Source of the DNA: Rhodothermales bacterium
GTDB taxonomy: Bacteria > Bacteroidota > Rhodothermia > Rhodothermales > JANQRZ01
Length of the DNA: 64,000 nt
Assembly (NCBI GenBank): GCA_038232935.1
Contig: JBBSMX010000002.1
Coordinates: 9,231 to 73,230 of the forward strand
Direction of reading: 5' to 3'
The position numbers were made by a program, and so were the translations under genes. Numbering within the stretch: the first letter of the stretch is position 1; each line of letters starts with the position of its first letter. The notes beneath the pieces are model-generated. The model was not told where the DNA came from. It worked only from the letters and a program-made list of their open reading frames with translations, and ran no database searches. Below are positions 9,854-20,475 of this stretch, piece after piece.

Positions 9854-12800
9854 ATGCTCCGTCTTCTCTTCTGCATCCTCGTCTTCACCTCGTCTGTCGC
9901 GCTCGCCCAGCAGACTGCATCCTGGCAGCAGGAAGTAGCCTACGACATGGACGTTCGGCTCGACACCGAGCGCCACCGGCTGGCCGGGCAGCAGCGCCTC
10001 GTCTACACCAACAACAGCCCGGACACGCTCCGGCAGGTGTTTTACCACCTCTACTTCAATGCCTTCCAGCCCGAGTCGATGATGGCGAAACGCAACCGCC
10101 ACCTCCCCGACCCCGACCGACGCGTCGTGCCACGCATCTTCGAGCTCGGGCCGGACGAGGTCGGCTACCAGCACGTCCTCTCGCTCACACAGGACGGTAT
10201 GCCGGTCACGTACCACGTAGACGACACCGTGATGCAGGTCGAGCTCGCCCGGCCGATCCCGCCCGGCACGTCCTCGACGTTCGAGATGGTGTTCGAGGCG
10301 CAGGTGCCACTCCAGACCCGCCGCAGTGGGCGCGACAACCGCGAGGGCATCGACTACTCGATGACTCAGTGGTACCCGAAAATGGCCGAATACGACGCCG
10401 TCGGCTGGCACGCCGTGCCCTACGTCGGCCGCGAGTTCTACGCCCCGTTCGGCACATTCGACGTCCGCGTCACGCTCCCCTCGGCGTACGTCCTCGGCGC
10501 GACGGGCGTGCTGCAGAACCCCGAGGCCGTCGGCCACGGCTACGATCAGCGGCCGGACATCGGCCTCACCTCCACCGGCCCCGCCACCGACGCCGACTCG
10601 CTCACGTGGTACTTCCGTGCCGAGCGCGTCCACGACTTTGCGTGGACCGCCGACCCCGACTACCTCCACGTCCAAACTCTCGTGGACGACGTGCCGGGCC
10701 GAGCCGAGCCCGTCGCCGTCCACCTCCTCTACCAGCCCGACGTGGCCCCGGCCTGGGCGTCGCTGGGCGAGGGGGTAGCCGGGCTGATGCGGTTCTACAG
10801 CGCGCAGTACGGGGCCTACGCCTGGCCTCAATTCACCGTCGCGCAGGGCGGCGACGGCGGGATGGAGTACCCGATGATGACCCTCATCACGGGCGAGCGC
10901 TCCCCCGGCTCGGTCCTCGGCGTGACCGCGCACGAGTTCGCCCACATGTGGTTTTACGGCATGGTCGCCTCCAACGAGACCGCCTTCGCCTGGATGGACG
11001 AGGGCTTCACCAGCTTCGCCAGCAGCGAGGGCATGAACTTCGTCCTCCGCGCCGACTCGACGGGAACCGCCCCGCCGGCCAGCCACGCGCGTTCGAGGGA
11101 GAGCATCGTCCGCCTCCAGCTGCTCAACCTCTACGAACGGCCGAACAAGCCTGCCGACTGGTACGAGACAAACACGGGGTACAGCACCGCCGCCTATTCC
11201 GCCGGCGATGCCCTCGCCGACCTCCTCGGTTACGTGATGGGCGACGCCGTGCGCGATGACTTCCTGCGCGCCTACGTCGAGCGCTTCCGGTTCCGCCACC
11301 CCTACCCCGCCGACGTGCTCGCCACGGCACAGGACGTCAGTGGGCTCCAGCTCGACTGGCTCTTCGAGCAGTTCCTCGAAGGGGCCGAGCGCTACGACTA
11401 CAGCGCGGAGGACATCGACGTTGAGAAAACGCCCGGCAGCATGCGCTCGACCGTATCCCTGCGTCGGCGCGAGCCCGGCGTGCTCCCCGTCGATCTCCGC
11501 CTCCGCTTCGCCGACGGCACCGAGGAGAGGGTTACGATTCCGCTCAGCGTGATGCAGGGCCACAAGCCTATCCCCGCCGGTTGGACCGTGGCCCCCGCGT
11601 GGCACTGGACCGAGCCGACGTACGACCTCGTCGTCGAGGGGCCGAGCCCGGTCGTGGAGGCCGTCGTAGACCCGGAGGGCCGGATGATCGACCTCGACCC
11701 GTCGAACAACCGGACCGTGCGAGGCGGGCCGGACGTGCCGCGAGAGTTCGCCGGGTTCTTCGCATCGCCGCGTTCCGAGCGAGACGCGATCACCTACGCC
11801 CTCAGCCCGATCGCGCTCTACGCGCACGACTACGGCGGCGGAGTCGGCGGTCAGCTCCGGGCGGCGCTGCCGAACGGCCGAGGCACCTTCCAGCTCGGCG
11901 TGACGCTCTGGCCCGAGGTCATCGCCGACGAGACGAAGGGGTTCGACGAGGTGCTCCCCGACTTCTCCCCGGACGACACCCCACCGCCTTTCCCCGGCTT
12001 CGATCCCGCCAACCCGGACAGCTCGCCGCTCGATGGGATCGACTACACGGTCGTCTACACCCGCCGTCTCCGTGCGCTCGGCCCGCTCGACGAGTTGCGG
12101 TTCGACGCGCAAAAGCACCTCGGGATCGCCGAGAACCGCATCGCGCTGACGAAGGTGCTCGGCCGCTACCCGACGCTGCGGAACTGGAGCCACACGCTCC
12201 GCCTCACCCTCGGCCATCAAGTCCGCACCTCCGACCGGGCGTTCGAAGACTTCGATCCGCTCTACCCTTTCTTTCTGGACGACGCCCTAGGCTTCGACAC
12301 CGGGTTCAGCCGGAACCCCCTGCTCTCGGCACGGCTTGACTACCGGATCGGCGACGCGGCCAGCGAGATCGCCGCCTTTCTCGAAGTCGGCGGGAGTCTT
12401 GGGGAAATGGAGCGCCCGTTCGAGCGGGAGGGCGAAAGCGCGAACCGATTGTTCGTGACGGCGACGAAGTCCGGCGGCATCGGGCCTTTTTCCGGCCTCG
12501 CCCGGCTCGCGCTCGGGTTCGGCTCGGACCAGCTCAGCCCGCAGAAGTGGTTCGGGCTGGGCGCGGCCTCCGTCGAAACGCGCTGGCGCTCGCACGCCTA
12601 CCGCGCCCTCGCCGCCGCACCGGACGACCCGCAGGACGACCTCCACTTCTTCGCGCTCTCCGGCGTCGGCCCGGTCGCTCCCCTCGTCAGCCGGCCGTAC
12701 GAGCCCGTCGCGTTCGAGCCCGTGAACCGCTCGCCGTACCCGACCACGGGCAGCAACGTGCTGGCCGGCACGCTTGCCCTCCGCCTCGGCCCCCTCCGCG

Positions 12801-13111
12801 TGCCGGGACTCGAACCCGAGGTGCAGGCGGCCCTTGACCCGCTCCGATTCGAGATCTTCAGCGGGTTCGGGTCGCTGGGCAGGCCCGGCGGCGACCTGTT
12901 CCCTTCCTTCATGGCGGATGCCGGGTTCGGGCTGCGCTACGATGTGCCGGAGTTCACGCTCCTGCGCGGCCTCATCGCGCAGTCCGACGTGCTGAGCGGA
13001 CTTCGGCTGACGGCGAAGTTCCCGATCTGGGTCAGCGACCCCGACGAGATCGGGCCGGACGAAGACGCCTTCGGCTTTTGCTGGCTGATCGGCGTCGAGA
13101 CGGGACTGTGA
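9854..13111 (+). CDS. M1 family metallopeptidase with ~480-aa C-terminal extension
   Basis: Signal peptide (FTSSVALAQQ), GGMEYP (GAMEN-like) motif, and HEFAH-x18-E zinc motif (HEFAHMWFYGMVASNETAFAWMDEG). The C-terminal half is not M1-like (see findings). Confidence 0.8.
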   Translation: MLRLLFCILVFTSSVALAQQTASWQQEVAYDMDVRLDTERHRLAGQQRLVYTNNSPDTLRQVFYHLYFNAFQPESMMAKRNRHLPDPDRRVVPRIFELGPDEVGYQHVLSLTQDGMPVTYHVDDTVMQVELARPIPPGTSSTFEMVFEAQVPLQTRRSGRDNREGIDYSMTQWYPKMAEYDAVGWHAVPYVGREFYAPFGTFDVRVTLPSAYVLGATGVLQNPEAVGHGYDQRPDIGLTSTGPATDADSLTWYFRAERVHDFAWTADPDYLHVQTLVDDVPGRAEPVAVHLLYQPDVAPAWASLGEGVAGLMRFYSAQYGAYAWPQFTVAQGGDGGMEYPMMTLITGERSPGSVLGVTAHEFAHMWFYGMVASNETAFAWMDEGFTSFASSEGMNFVLRADSTGTAPPASHARSRESIVRLQLLNLYERPNKPADWYETNTGYSTAAYSAGDALADLLGYVMGDAVRDDFLRAYVERFRFRHPYPADVLATAQDVSGLQLDWLFEQFLEGAERYDYSAEDIDVEKTPGSMRSTVSLRRREPGVLPVDLRLRFADGTEERVTIPLSVMQGHKPIPAGWTVAPAWHWTEPTYDLVVEGPSPVVEAVVDPEGRMIDLDPSNNRTVRGGPDVPREFAGFFASPRSERDAITYALSPIALYAHDYGGGVGGQLRAALPNGRGTFQLGVTLWPEVIADETKGFDEVLPDFSPDDTPPPFPGFDPANPDSSPLDGIDYTVVYTRRLRALGPLDELRFDAQKHLGIAENRIALTKVLGRYPTLRNWSHTLRLTLGHQVRTSDRAFEDFDPLYPFFLDDALGFDTGFSRNPLLSARLDYRIGDAASEIAAFLEVGGSLGEMERPFEREGESANRLFVTATKSGGIGPFSGLARLALGFGSDQLSPQKWFGLGAASVETRWRSHAYRALAAAPDDPQDDLHFFALSGVGPVAPLVSRPYEPVAFEPVNRSPYPTTGSNVLAGTLALRLGPLRVPGLEPEVQAALDPLRFEIFSGFGSLGRPGGDLFPSFMADAGFGLRYDVPEFTLLRGLIAQSDVLSGLRLTAKFPIWVSDPDEIGPDEDAFGFCWLIGVETGL

Positions 13112-13224
13112 TGATGCCGCTGAAACCTAGCGGGTGGTTGGCGCTGAAAAAAGGCCGTTCGCTTTCTATCTTCCCGTTTGCCACTGCTTTCCTTACCTCT
13201 CGATACCCGACGCAACGAGCCATC

Positions 13225-13857
13225 ATGAAACGCGCGCTTCCCCTCCTCCTGCTGCTGACGACGCTGCTCCTCGCCGCCTGCGACTCGAATGAGGCGGAGG
13301 ATCTCTCCCCCGTGAACCTGGGCGAGTTCCGCGCGAGCATAACGTTTGACGGCGGGGATCGGATCGACCTGGCCGGCCTCGCCTCCGCCTCTACTTTCCC
13401 CGTCTTCGTCATCGACTCGCTGTTCGTTCCCGGCGACAGCCTCGCCACGCCCGACAGCAGCACGTCATTCCTGATCTCGCTCACCGACTTCGACCCGACG
13501 CAGGGGCCGACCGAGCAGACCTTCCGGTCGATATCCTTCATGCAGTTCGACAGCGAGCGGCCGGCAGTGGGCACGTATCCAATCGGCGGCTTCGACCGCT
13601 CCGGCTTCACCGCCCTCTTTACCAGTGCCGACCGTTCCGGCGGCAGCCGCACCGTGCTCGCCTCCGAGTCGGGCACGCTCACCGTCGAGGTCTCGACGGA
13701 GGAACGGACGGCGGGCTCGTTCACGTTTCGCGGCAGCTACACCCCGCTCGAAGGCGGCGGGCGCCGCACCGCCATCATCACCGGCACGTTCGACGCCCGC
13801 TTTCTCGACCTCGGCAGCCCGTTTCTCCCCCTCACCGAGCAAGCGGACGGAGTGTAA
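13225..13857 (+). CDS. hypothetical lipoprotein
   Basis: Internal ATG 13225 gives MKRALPLLLLLTTLLLAACDSNE (lipobox). No recognisable domain. Confidence 0.5.
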   Translation: MKRALPLLLLLTTLLLAACDSNEAEDLSPVNLGEFRASITFDGGDRIDLAGLASASTFPVFVIDSLFVPGDSLATPDSSTSFLISLTDFDPTQGPTEQTFRSISFMQFDSERPAVGTYPIGGFDRSGFTALFTSADRSGGSRTVLASESGTLTVEVSTEERTAGSFTFRGSYTPLEGGGRRTAIITGTFDARFLDLGSPFLPLTEQADGV

Positions 13858-14121
13858 GCACCCGTCCCTACGCCGTGACATGCCGCGCTATTTCGGTTAC
13901 GCGTAGGGCTGGCGCTCGGCGTCGCGCCCACAGCGTTGCTACGACCGCCCGTGCGGCCAGCCCCACGATGAGCCACACTGCGTGCGCGGCGACGGCCTCG
14001 ACCCAGCCCTCGACGCCTGTCTGACCGACGGCCGGCGGCTCCGCGTGGCCCGGAACCGCCACGCGGCTCTCGAAGCCCGCCTCCGCGGCGACGCCTGATC
14101 GGCACCGGTCGGAAATGCTCG

Positions 14122-15051
14122 TCACGCGTCGTGCGACGGGCCTGTTACCTGCCGGGCCAGCAGGGCCAGTTCGTCGGCCTTCTGCTCGGCGGCGACCACG
14201 CCGGCCTGGAAGATCTGCTCCTTCTCCTGGCTGAACGAGAACAGGCCGAGCGACCCGACTTTGGGGACGACGAGCACGTCCGGGCGGTACGACTGGAGCC
14301 GGAATCCTTCGAGCTGCGCCATCATGATGTCGAGCGCCCGCTGCACCACTTCGAGCCCGTTCGGGCGGTCGTCCGGCTCGCGGCCGAAGCGCTGGCGGAC
14401 CCGATCGGCCCACAGCCCGAGCCCCACCTTCTGCTCCAACTCGTCGTCTGCCTCGTCGAGCGTACCGTCGCCGCGTGCGCTGAGGGCACCGATCCGCTTA
14501 TAGAGCTGGACGCCCACAGTGTAGGCCGCGCCGTGGTTGACGAGGGCCGAGACCGGGACGTTGTTGCACACGCCGCCGTCGATGAGCAGACGCCCGCCGA
14601 TGCGGACGGGCGCGAAGATGCCCGGCAACGCGGACGACGCGAGGATGGCCTCCACAAGCGGCCCCCGGTCGAGGACGACCTCTTTGCCGGTCTCGAGGTC
14701 GGTGCAGACGATGTAGAGCGGGAGGTCGAGGTCTTCGATGCGCCGGTCACCGAGGTGGCTGCGAAGGTAGGCGGCGAAGTCGTCGGTGGAGACGAGCCCG
14801 TAGCGGTCGAACCGGAGCGAGAAGAGCGCGCGGGTATTCTGAGCGTGCATCGTCTCGATCATCCGCTCGACGGAGAATCCCGCGGCGTAGTGGGCCGCCG
14901 TGATGGCCCCGGCGCTGCACCCGGCCACGAGGTCGGCGCAAAGCCCGAACCGTTTCAGCACCGAGAGCACGCCGACGTGCGCCCAGCCGCGTACCCCGCC
15001 GCCGCCGAACGCGAGGCCGAGCGAGGCCGAAGACGAGGGGCGGGGGTACAT
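14122..15051 (-). CDS. patatin-like phospholipase
   Basis: GGGVRGWAHVGV oxyanion motif, GCSAGA (GxSxG) nucleophile, and a DGG motif (LIDGGVCNNVP). Confidence 0.85.
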   Translation of the reverse strand: MYPRPSSSASLGLAFGGGGVRGWAHVGVLSVLKRFGLCADLVAGCSAGAITAAHYAAGFSVERMIETMHAQNTRALFSLRFDRYGLVSTDDFAAYLRSHLGDRRIEDLDLPLYIVCTDLETGKEVVLDRGPLVEAILASSALPGIFAPVRIGGRLLIDGGVCNNVPVSALVNHGAAYTVGVQLYKRIGALSARGDGTLDEADDELEQKVGLGLWADRVRQRFGREPDDRPNGLEVVQRALDIMMAQLEGFRLQSYRPDVLVVPKVGSLGLFSFSQEKEQIFQAGVVAAEQKADELALLARQVTGPSHDA

Positions 15052-15273
15052 GCGAGCGAAGCGGTCAGGTGCGTGGGGGCGAGTGAACCGCCCAGCTCGG
15101 CGGCTGTTTCCCTCGCTTCGACCCAGCGGTGGTGGCCGCTACGTTTGCCCTTCGGCCGTGCGTTTCCGTACCTTTTGTGCTGTTTTAGTTGCTTCCCGCC
15201 GCGGCGGCGCGGTACGACGTGGCCCGCCCGCGGCTCCTCTGGCCGAGCCGACCATCCTGAAACGAGAGCGCGC

Positions 15274-16029
15274 ATGAAAGTACTGTTCATAGCAGGCGAA
15301 GTCGCCCCCTTCTCTAAATCGACGCAGACCGCTCGTCTCGCCCGCGAACTGCCCGAGCACCTCCAGGAACTGGGCGACTTCGAAACCCGGATCATCATGC
15401 CCCGCTACGGGACCGTCTCCGAGCGACGGAACCGACTCCACGAAGTCATCCGCCTCTCCGGCAGCGAGATCGCTACCGGCGACCGCACCGAGACGCTGAA
15501 GGTGAAGGTGGCCTCGATCCCCGGCATCCGGCTTCAGGTCTACTTCATGGACAACGTTCACTTCTTCAAGCGCAAAGGGCTCTTCCAGGACCGGAAGACC
15601 GAAAAGGTCTTCGAAGACAACGCCGAACGTGCCCTGTTCTTCGCCCGCGCCGCGCTCACGACGGTCGAGAACCTGGGCTGGGCCCCCGACATCGTCCACG
15701 CCACGGGGTGGATCACCGGCCTCGTCCCCTTCCTCCTCAAGAACGAGTTCGCCGACCACGAGATGTTCGAGCGCACCAAAACGGTCTACACGCCGGACGC
15801 CGCCGAAGTGGACGCGCGGTTCACGCCGGAAGAGGCCGAAGCGTTTGGCCTCCCCGCCGCAGCCGCCGATCAGGAGCTTCGCGAGCTCGGGATGGACTAC
15901 GCCGATGCCGTCGCGTACAGCGCCGGACGCCCCGGCGAAGGCGGCACGGACCTCACGGGCGAGCCACAGGAAGTCGCCGAGAAAGCCGCCGCTCTCTACC
16001 GCGAGATCGGCGACGAAGTGGCCGCGTGA
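15274..16029 (+). CDS. glycogen/starch synthase N-terminal-domain protein (short form)
   Basis: ATG 15274. MKVLFIAGEVAPFSKS... is the GT5 N-terminal signature. Only 251 aa, with no C-terminal GT1 half. Confidence 0.65.
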   Translation: MKVLFIAGEVAPFSKSTQTARLARELPEHLQELGDFETRIIMPRYGTVSERRNRLHEVIRLSGSEIATGDRTETLKVKVASIPGIRLQVYFMDNVHFFKRKGLFQDRKTEKVFEDNAERALFFARAALTTVENLGWAPDIVHATGWITGLVPFLLKNEFADHEMFERTKTVYTPDAAEVDARFTPEEAEAFGLPAAAADQELRELGMDYADAVAYSAGRPGEGGTDLTGEPQEVAEKAAALYREIGDEVAA

Positions 16030-16056
16030 GCGGAGGAGACGAGCAGCCTTTCGAGC

Positions 16057-16087
16057 GCCCCGGTGATCACTCCACCGGGGCGTTTTT
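16057..16087 (+). terminator. rho-independent terminator after the glycogen-synthase-like gene
   Basis: gccccggtg / caccggggc 9-bp stem, 7-nt loop, followed by gttttta. Starts 28 nt after the stop codon. Confidence 0.55.
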
Positions 16088-16305
16088 ACGTGAATGCGAA
16101 GCCTCGCGCCGACCTCTTTCTAGCGTCGAAGGAGAGCGTCACGTCCCTCGCTTCACGCATCGCACCCTTGCTTTTCTCCAACTCTTCCCCCCTACCCGCC
16201 GCCGCGCGTCCGTTCTTTAGAATCTCACGCGCCGGCCATACTTAGGACCGGCGCGTCCGCGTTAGCTCCCCCGTATCCGCCCTGCCCCACCCACGCCCGT
16301 ACCTC

Positions 16306-17529
16306 ATGCGCCGACTCCGGCCCCTTGGTCTCCGCCTCGCCGGCCCCCTCAGCGCGGCGGCGCTCTGCCTGCTCCTGCTCGCTGCGTGCGAAGACCCCTC
16401 CGGCGTCGGCCTCACCGTGCTGGACCCGTCCGAAAACGACCCGCGTGCTCGGAGCATCCCCGCCGATTCGGCCGCCCTCGCCCCGTTCGAAGATGTCACG
16501 GGTGCCTTTCTGAGCGCTCAGGGATTCAGCGCCTTCCGCGGGCTCGCCGGCCGTGTGGACGATCCAGTGTATGGCACTACGATCTCCTTCGCCTACCTCG
16601 ACGTGCTCGCCCCGAGCAGTTTCCCCGACGGCTTCCGCGACCGCCCCGTAGAGCAGGCCATCCTACGCCTGAACCGCGGCTATGTCTACGGAGACACGAT
16701 GGCGACGACGCGGATCGACGTCCGCCAGGTCTCGGAGGAGTGGAGCGCCGTCGGTTCACCGGCCGACACCCTCTTCCCTGTACAAGACGGCGTCATCACC
16801 ACGTTCGATGTCGCCCCCGGCGACTCACTCATCGAGGTCCCGCTGCCCGCAGACTGGATCGCGGCGAATGACACGACACTGCGGAGCACCCAGTTCTCGA
16901 CGATCTTTCACGGCTTCCAGCTCAGCCCCGGCGATCAGGCGAGCGCGGTGTACGGGTTCACCGGCGGGTCGTCGCTCCAATTGATCTCGCAGGGCGACAC
17001 CGTGCGCTATGGGGTCTCCGAGCTGTTCTCAGGCATCGAGGGACCGCCGACCACGCCGGTCTCCGAGGACTACCTCCTGCTGCAAGACGGCACCAGCCGC
17101 AGCCTCGAACTCCGCTTCGACCTCGCCGCCCTCACCCAGTCCGCCATCAACACGGTTTTCCTGCGTGTGACCGCGGACACGGCCGCCGTCTCGATGGACC
17201 TGCCGGCCGGCTTCGTCCGCCCCTTCGCCCGGCAGCTCGCACTCTACGGTCTGGTCGACGGCCAGGACCCCGTGCTCATCACGACGGCGACGCTCAACGA
17301 GGAGCGGCAGACGTTCTCCTTCGCCTCCGCTGTCCTGACCGACATCTTCCAAGAGCTCGTCCTCGGCCGCTCGGAGGTGACCGGGTTCGCCCTCGGTTTC
17401 CCCCTCGCCCCCTCCAGCATCGATGTGATCCCGCTGGTCCGATCGTCCGACACCGGGTGTGCGGACGACCCCGCCGTGACGTGCCGGGGACCGCGCGCTA
17501 CCGTCTTCCTGATTCCCTCGGGCGGGTAA
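16306..17529 (+). CDS. hypothetical lipoprotein (possibly DUF4270-like)
   Basis: Lipobox LLLLAACEDP. The position directly after the short glycogen-synthase-like gene resembles the pairing I recall in Bacteroidota. The family assignment is from memory and was not tested. Confidence 0.45.
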   Translation: MRRLRPLGLRLAGPLSAAALCLLLLAACEDPSGVGLTVLDPSENDPRARSIPADSAALAPFEDVTGAFLSAQGFSAFRGLAGRVDDPVYGTTISFAYLDVLAPSSFPDGFRDRPVEQAILRLNRGYVYGDTMATTRIDVRQVSEEWSAVGSPADTLFPVQDGVITTFDVAPGDSLIEVPLPADWIAANDTTLRSTQFSTIFHGFQLSPGDQASAVYGFTGGSSLQLISQGDTVRYGVSELFSGIEGPPTTPVSEDYLLLQDGTSRSLELRFDLAALTQSAINTVFLRVTADTAAVSMDLPAGFVRPFARQLALYGLVDGQDPVLITTATLNEERQTFSFASAVLTDIFQELVLGRSEVTGFALGFPLAPSSIDVIPLVRSSDTGCADDPAVTCRGPRATVFLIPSGG

Positions 17530-17620
17530 GCGACGTTTTTGCCGCTTGTGGGTCTCCTCTCGGCGCGCCCCCCTCCTCGACTGAAGGCCTTCGGGCCGAT
17601 TCGCTCTAGCTCCCGTGCTC

Positions 17621-18946
17621 ATGCGCTACCTGCTCCTCTCGCTCCTGATGTTCGCCGGCTCTGCGGCCCACGCCCAGAGCAACCGTAACTACGGGACGGT
17701 CTACTCCCGCTTCGGGCTGGGCGAGCGCCTGTCGTTCTCGTCGTCGCAGTCGCAGATGATGGGCGGGGCCTCGGTCGCGCTCCGCTCACTGACGTACAAC
17801 GGGCTGGATAACCCGGCGCTGTGGAGCGACATGAACCTCACGCAGTTCAGCGTCGCCGCGCAGATCGAGGGCCTCGAAACGGAAAACGAGCTGGGCGATC
17901 AGGCCCGGCTTTCGAGCGGGTCGCTGGCGGGGCTGCAATTCGGCGTGCCCCTCCTGTCGAACCGGCTCGGCCTCACCTTCGCCTTCCGCCCGTTCTCGCG
18001 CGTCAACTACCTCGCCGTGCGCGACGGCTTCGTGTCGGACCCCGACTTCCCCAGCGACTCCCTCGGCTACCGGGTGAACTTCGAGGGCGACGGCGGCCTC
18101 CAGCAGGCCCAGCTTGGCCTCGGCTACCGGCTCGGCCCGAACGTGTCCGTCGGCGCGAGCGTGGACGCGCTCTTCGGGACCATCGACTACCTCCAGCGGA
18201 CCGAGTTCGCCACCACCTCGATTGCCGAGACGCGCGCCGCCCAGTCGACCAAGTTTAGCGGCGTCAGCGGCACGCTCGGTGCCCTCGTGTCGAAGACGGG
18301 CGTGCTCGGGCAAGAGGACGCCTTCTCGCTCGGCGTGGCCCTCTCGTTGCCGACGCGACTCCACGCCAAGCGCGTCCAGACCCTCGGCTTCTCGCTCGAT
18401 CAGGACACCCTCGGCACGGAGGCCTCGGGCGACGTCACGGTCCCGCTCCAGGTCGTCGCCGGCCTCTCCTACCTCCCAAGCGCGAAGTGGACGCTCGCCG
18501 CCGACGTGCGCTACGAGCCGTGGAGCCAGTTCGAGAGCGACTTCGCCTTCGGCGGGTTCGACCCGAGCGCCGCCTGCACCCAGTTCTGCAACCAGCTCCG
18601 CGACCGCCTGCGCGTTGGGGGTGGTTTTCAGTTTATCCCGGCTGGAGAAAACCGGCTACGTTCGTACTTTGCCCGGACGGCCTACCGCCTCGGCGGCTAC
18701 TACGACCGCGCCTACTTCGACGCCTTCGGCGGAGAATCGGCGGGCTCGTCCCAGGCCATCACTACCCTCGCACTCACCGGCGGCCTCAGCCTTCCCGCCG
18801 TGCTCCCCACCGCGCGCTTCGACCTCGGCTTCGAGGTGGGCACGCGGGGCACGATGGAGAGCGGTTTGGTCCGCGATTTGTTTATTAAAGGCTCGGCCAC
18901 GATCAACTTCGGCGAGCGCTGGTTCCGCCAGCGCAAGCTGGGCTGA
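17621..18946 (+). CDS. outer-membrane beta-barrel protein (unassigned family)
   Basis: MRYLLLSLLMFAGSAAHAQ signal. Alternating Gly/aromatic-rich strands throughout. ATG 17621 preferred over GTG 17615. Confidence 0.5.
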   Translation: MRYLLLSLLMFAGSAAHAQSNRNYGTVYSRFGLGERLSFSSSQSQMMGGASVALRSLTYNGLDNPALWSDMNLTQFSVAAQIEGLETENELGDQARLSSGSLAGLQFGVPLLSNRLGLTFAFRPFSRVNYLAVRDGFVSDPDFPSDSLGYRVNFEGDGGLQQAQLGLGYRLGPNVSVGASVDALFGTIDYLQRTEFATTSIAETRAAQSTKFSGVSGTLGALVSKTGVLGQEDAFSLGVALSLPTRLHAKRVQTLGFSLDQDTLGTEASGDVTVPLQVVAGLSYLPSAKWTLAADVRYEPWSQFESDFAFGGFDPSAACTQFCNQLRDRLRVGGGFQFIPAGENRLRSYFARTAYRLGGYYDRAYFDAFGGESAGSSQAITTLALTGGLSLPAVLPTARFDLGFEVGTRGTMESGLVRDLFIKGSATINFGERWFRQRKLG

Positions 18947-18985
18947 CGCTGCCCCTCCGCCCTCCCGACAGAAACCGACCTTCCG

Positions 18986-20305
18986 ATGACCCGCACCTTC
19001 GTCGCGCTCGCATCCCTCGTCCTGCTCCTCCTGGGGCTCGCTCCAGTGGTCTCCGCGCAGAGCTCTGATCCCGTGGAGTGCACCGACGACGAGAACGAGA
19101 TGCGTATCCACTACAGCCTCTACTACGAGTCCTATAAGGCCGGCGACTACGAGTCGGCCCTCCCGGAGCTCCAGTGGATCCTGGCGTGTGCTCCGGCCTT
19201 CGGCGGACCCACGCCGGACGACCGCAACATCCGCCGCGCCATCGAGACCTACGACAGCCTCGCCGTTCGCGCCGACGACCCGACGCTCCAGCAGGAATAT
19301 CTCGGCGAAGCCCTCACGCTCTTCGATGAGGGTGCGTCCACTTTGAAGGACGCTGGTGTGGAGGTGAATGAGTACGACTTCGTGCTCCGCAAGGGCCGCT
19401 TTATCCAGGCTCACCCCGAACTGCTCGGCGATGAGCAGGGCCAGGTCTACGACCTCTACATCCGCGCCTTCGAGCTCCAGCCAGACTCGCTCGGCGACTA
19501 CTACATCAACTACATCGCCGGGGAGCGGACGCGCCGCGCCGTCGAGGCCGACACGCCCGAGGAGAAAGCCGCCACGCGCGAGTTCCTCACGGGCACGCTG
19601 CAACCGAAGGCGGACGACCCGGCCTACATCCAGGGGCTGATGGACAGCCTCATCACGACGCCACGCGAGCAGTACGGCTTCCTCAAGAAGAAATTCCAGG
19701 AGGACCCCAGCTCCCTCGTCGAAGAGGACATCAAGACGCTCTACGGACTCAACCAAGTCGAGGAACTGAAGGACCCGGAGTTGAACACCCAGTTGCGGGA
19801 TATCATCTTGGAAATGGCTCCGACAGCGGGGCTCCTCCGCCAGGTCGCCAGTGCAGCCGCCGCCGAAGGCAACTATGACGAGGCGCAGCGTCTCTACGAG
19901 CGGGCGCTCGAACTCGCCGAGGACCCGTCGGAGAAGCGCGACATCTTTTACAACATCGCCGTGATGAAGCAGCAGCAGGGCCAACTCGCCACTGCCTCGA
20001 ACTTCGCGCGGAAGGCGCTCGAACTCGACTCGAACCACGGGCCGTCGCTCTACATCATCGGTAGCGCCATCGCCTCGTCGATCCGCGGCACCGACGTGCC
20101 CTCCCGCGCCGCCTATTGGTGCGCCGTCGACTACTTCAACCGCGCGGCTAGCGACCCGCAGGTCTCGGGAGCCGCTCGGAGCGCCGCCGGCACGTACAGC
20201 CGCGCCGCGCCCTCACAGGAGGAGTACTTCTTCCTCGGCTGGAAGCCCGGCCAAACCGTGAATGCATCCTACGGCTGGGGTAGTTGCTCGGCGCGCGTGC
20301 GCTAG
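18986..20305 (+). CDS. secreted TPR-like helical repeat protein
   Basis: Signal peptide ending VVSAQ. Helical repeat-like sequence (YDEAQRLYERALELAED..., ARKALELDSNH). Confidence 0.5.
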   Translation: MTRTFVALASLVLLLLGLAPVVSAQSSDPVECTDDENEMRIHYSLYYESYKAGDYESALPELQWILACAPAFGGPTPDDRNIRRAIETYDSLAVRADDPTLQQEYLGEALTLFDEGASTLKDAGVEVNEYDFVLRKGRFIQAHPELLGDEQGQVYDLYIRAFELQPDSLGDYYINYIAGERTRRAVEADTPEEKAATREFLTGTLQPKADDPAYIQGLMDSLITTPREQYGFLKKKFQEDPSSLVEEDIKTLYGLNQVEELKDPELNTQLRDIILEMAPTAGLLRQVASAAAAEGNYDEAQRLYERALELAEDPSEKRDIFYNIAVMKQQQGQLATASNFARKALELDSNHGPSLYIIGSAIASSIRGTDVPSRAAYWCAVDYFNRAASDPQVSGAARSAAGTYSRAAPSQEEYFFLGWKPGQTVNASYGWGSCSARVR

Positions 20306-20475
20306 GCCGTGCATCAGCGCGCTCCGTCTCGCAACCGGCGGCTCCAAATGGGGCCGCCGGTTCGTCGTTTATAGCGGCTTTGGCAAGAACCGGTGAACGA
20401 CCGAGTTCCACTACCGCACGGCCGCTCTTCTTCGCCTATTTTCAGCCGCCCCCATTCTTGGTCTTCCCCTTCTCG

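Noticed and set aside
9818-12220. 800-aa minus-strand ORF antisense to the M1 peptidase
   Set aside because: Low-complexity R/G/E/V/D translation. The plus strand has signal peptide, GGMEYP and HEFAH-x18-E.
13868-14121. Small minus-strand ORF with a hydrophobic stretch (AVWLIVGLAARAVVATLWA) in the convergent spacer after the patatin gene
   Set aside because: It is the tail of a 181-aa junk ORF that overlaps patatin out of frame. It has no plausible start, promoter or terminator.
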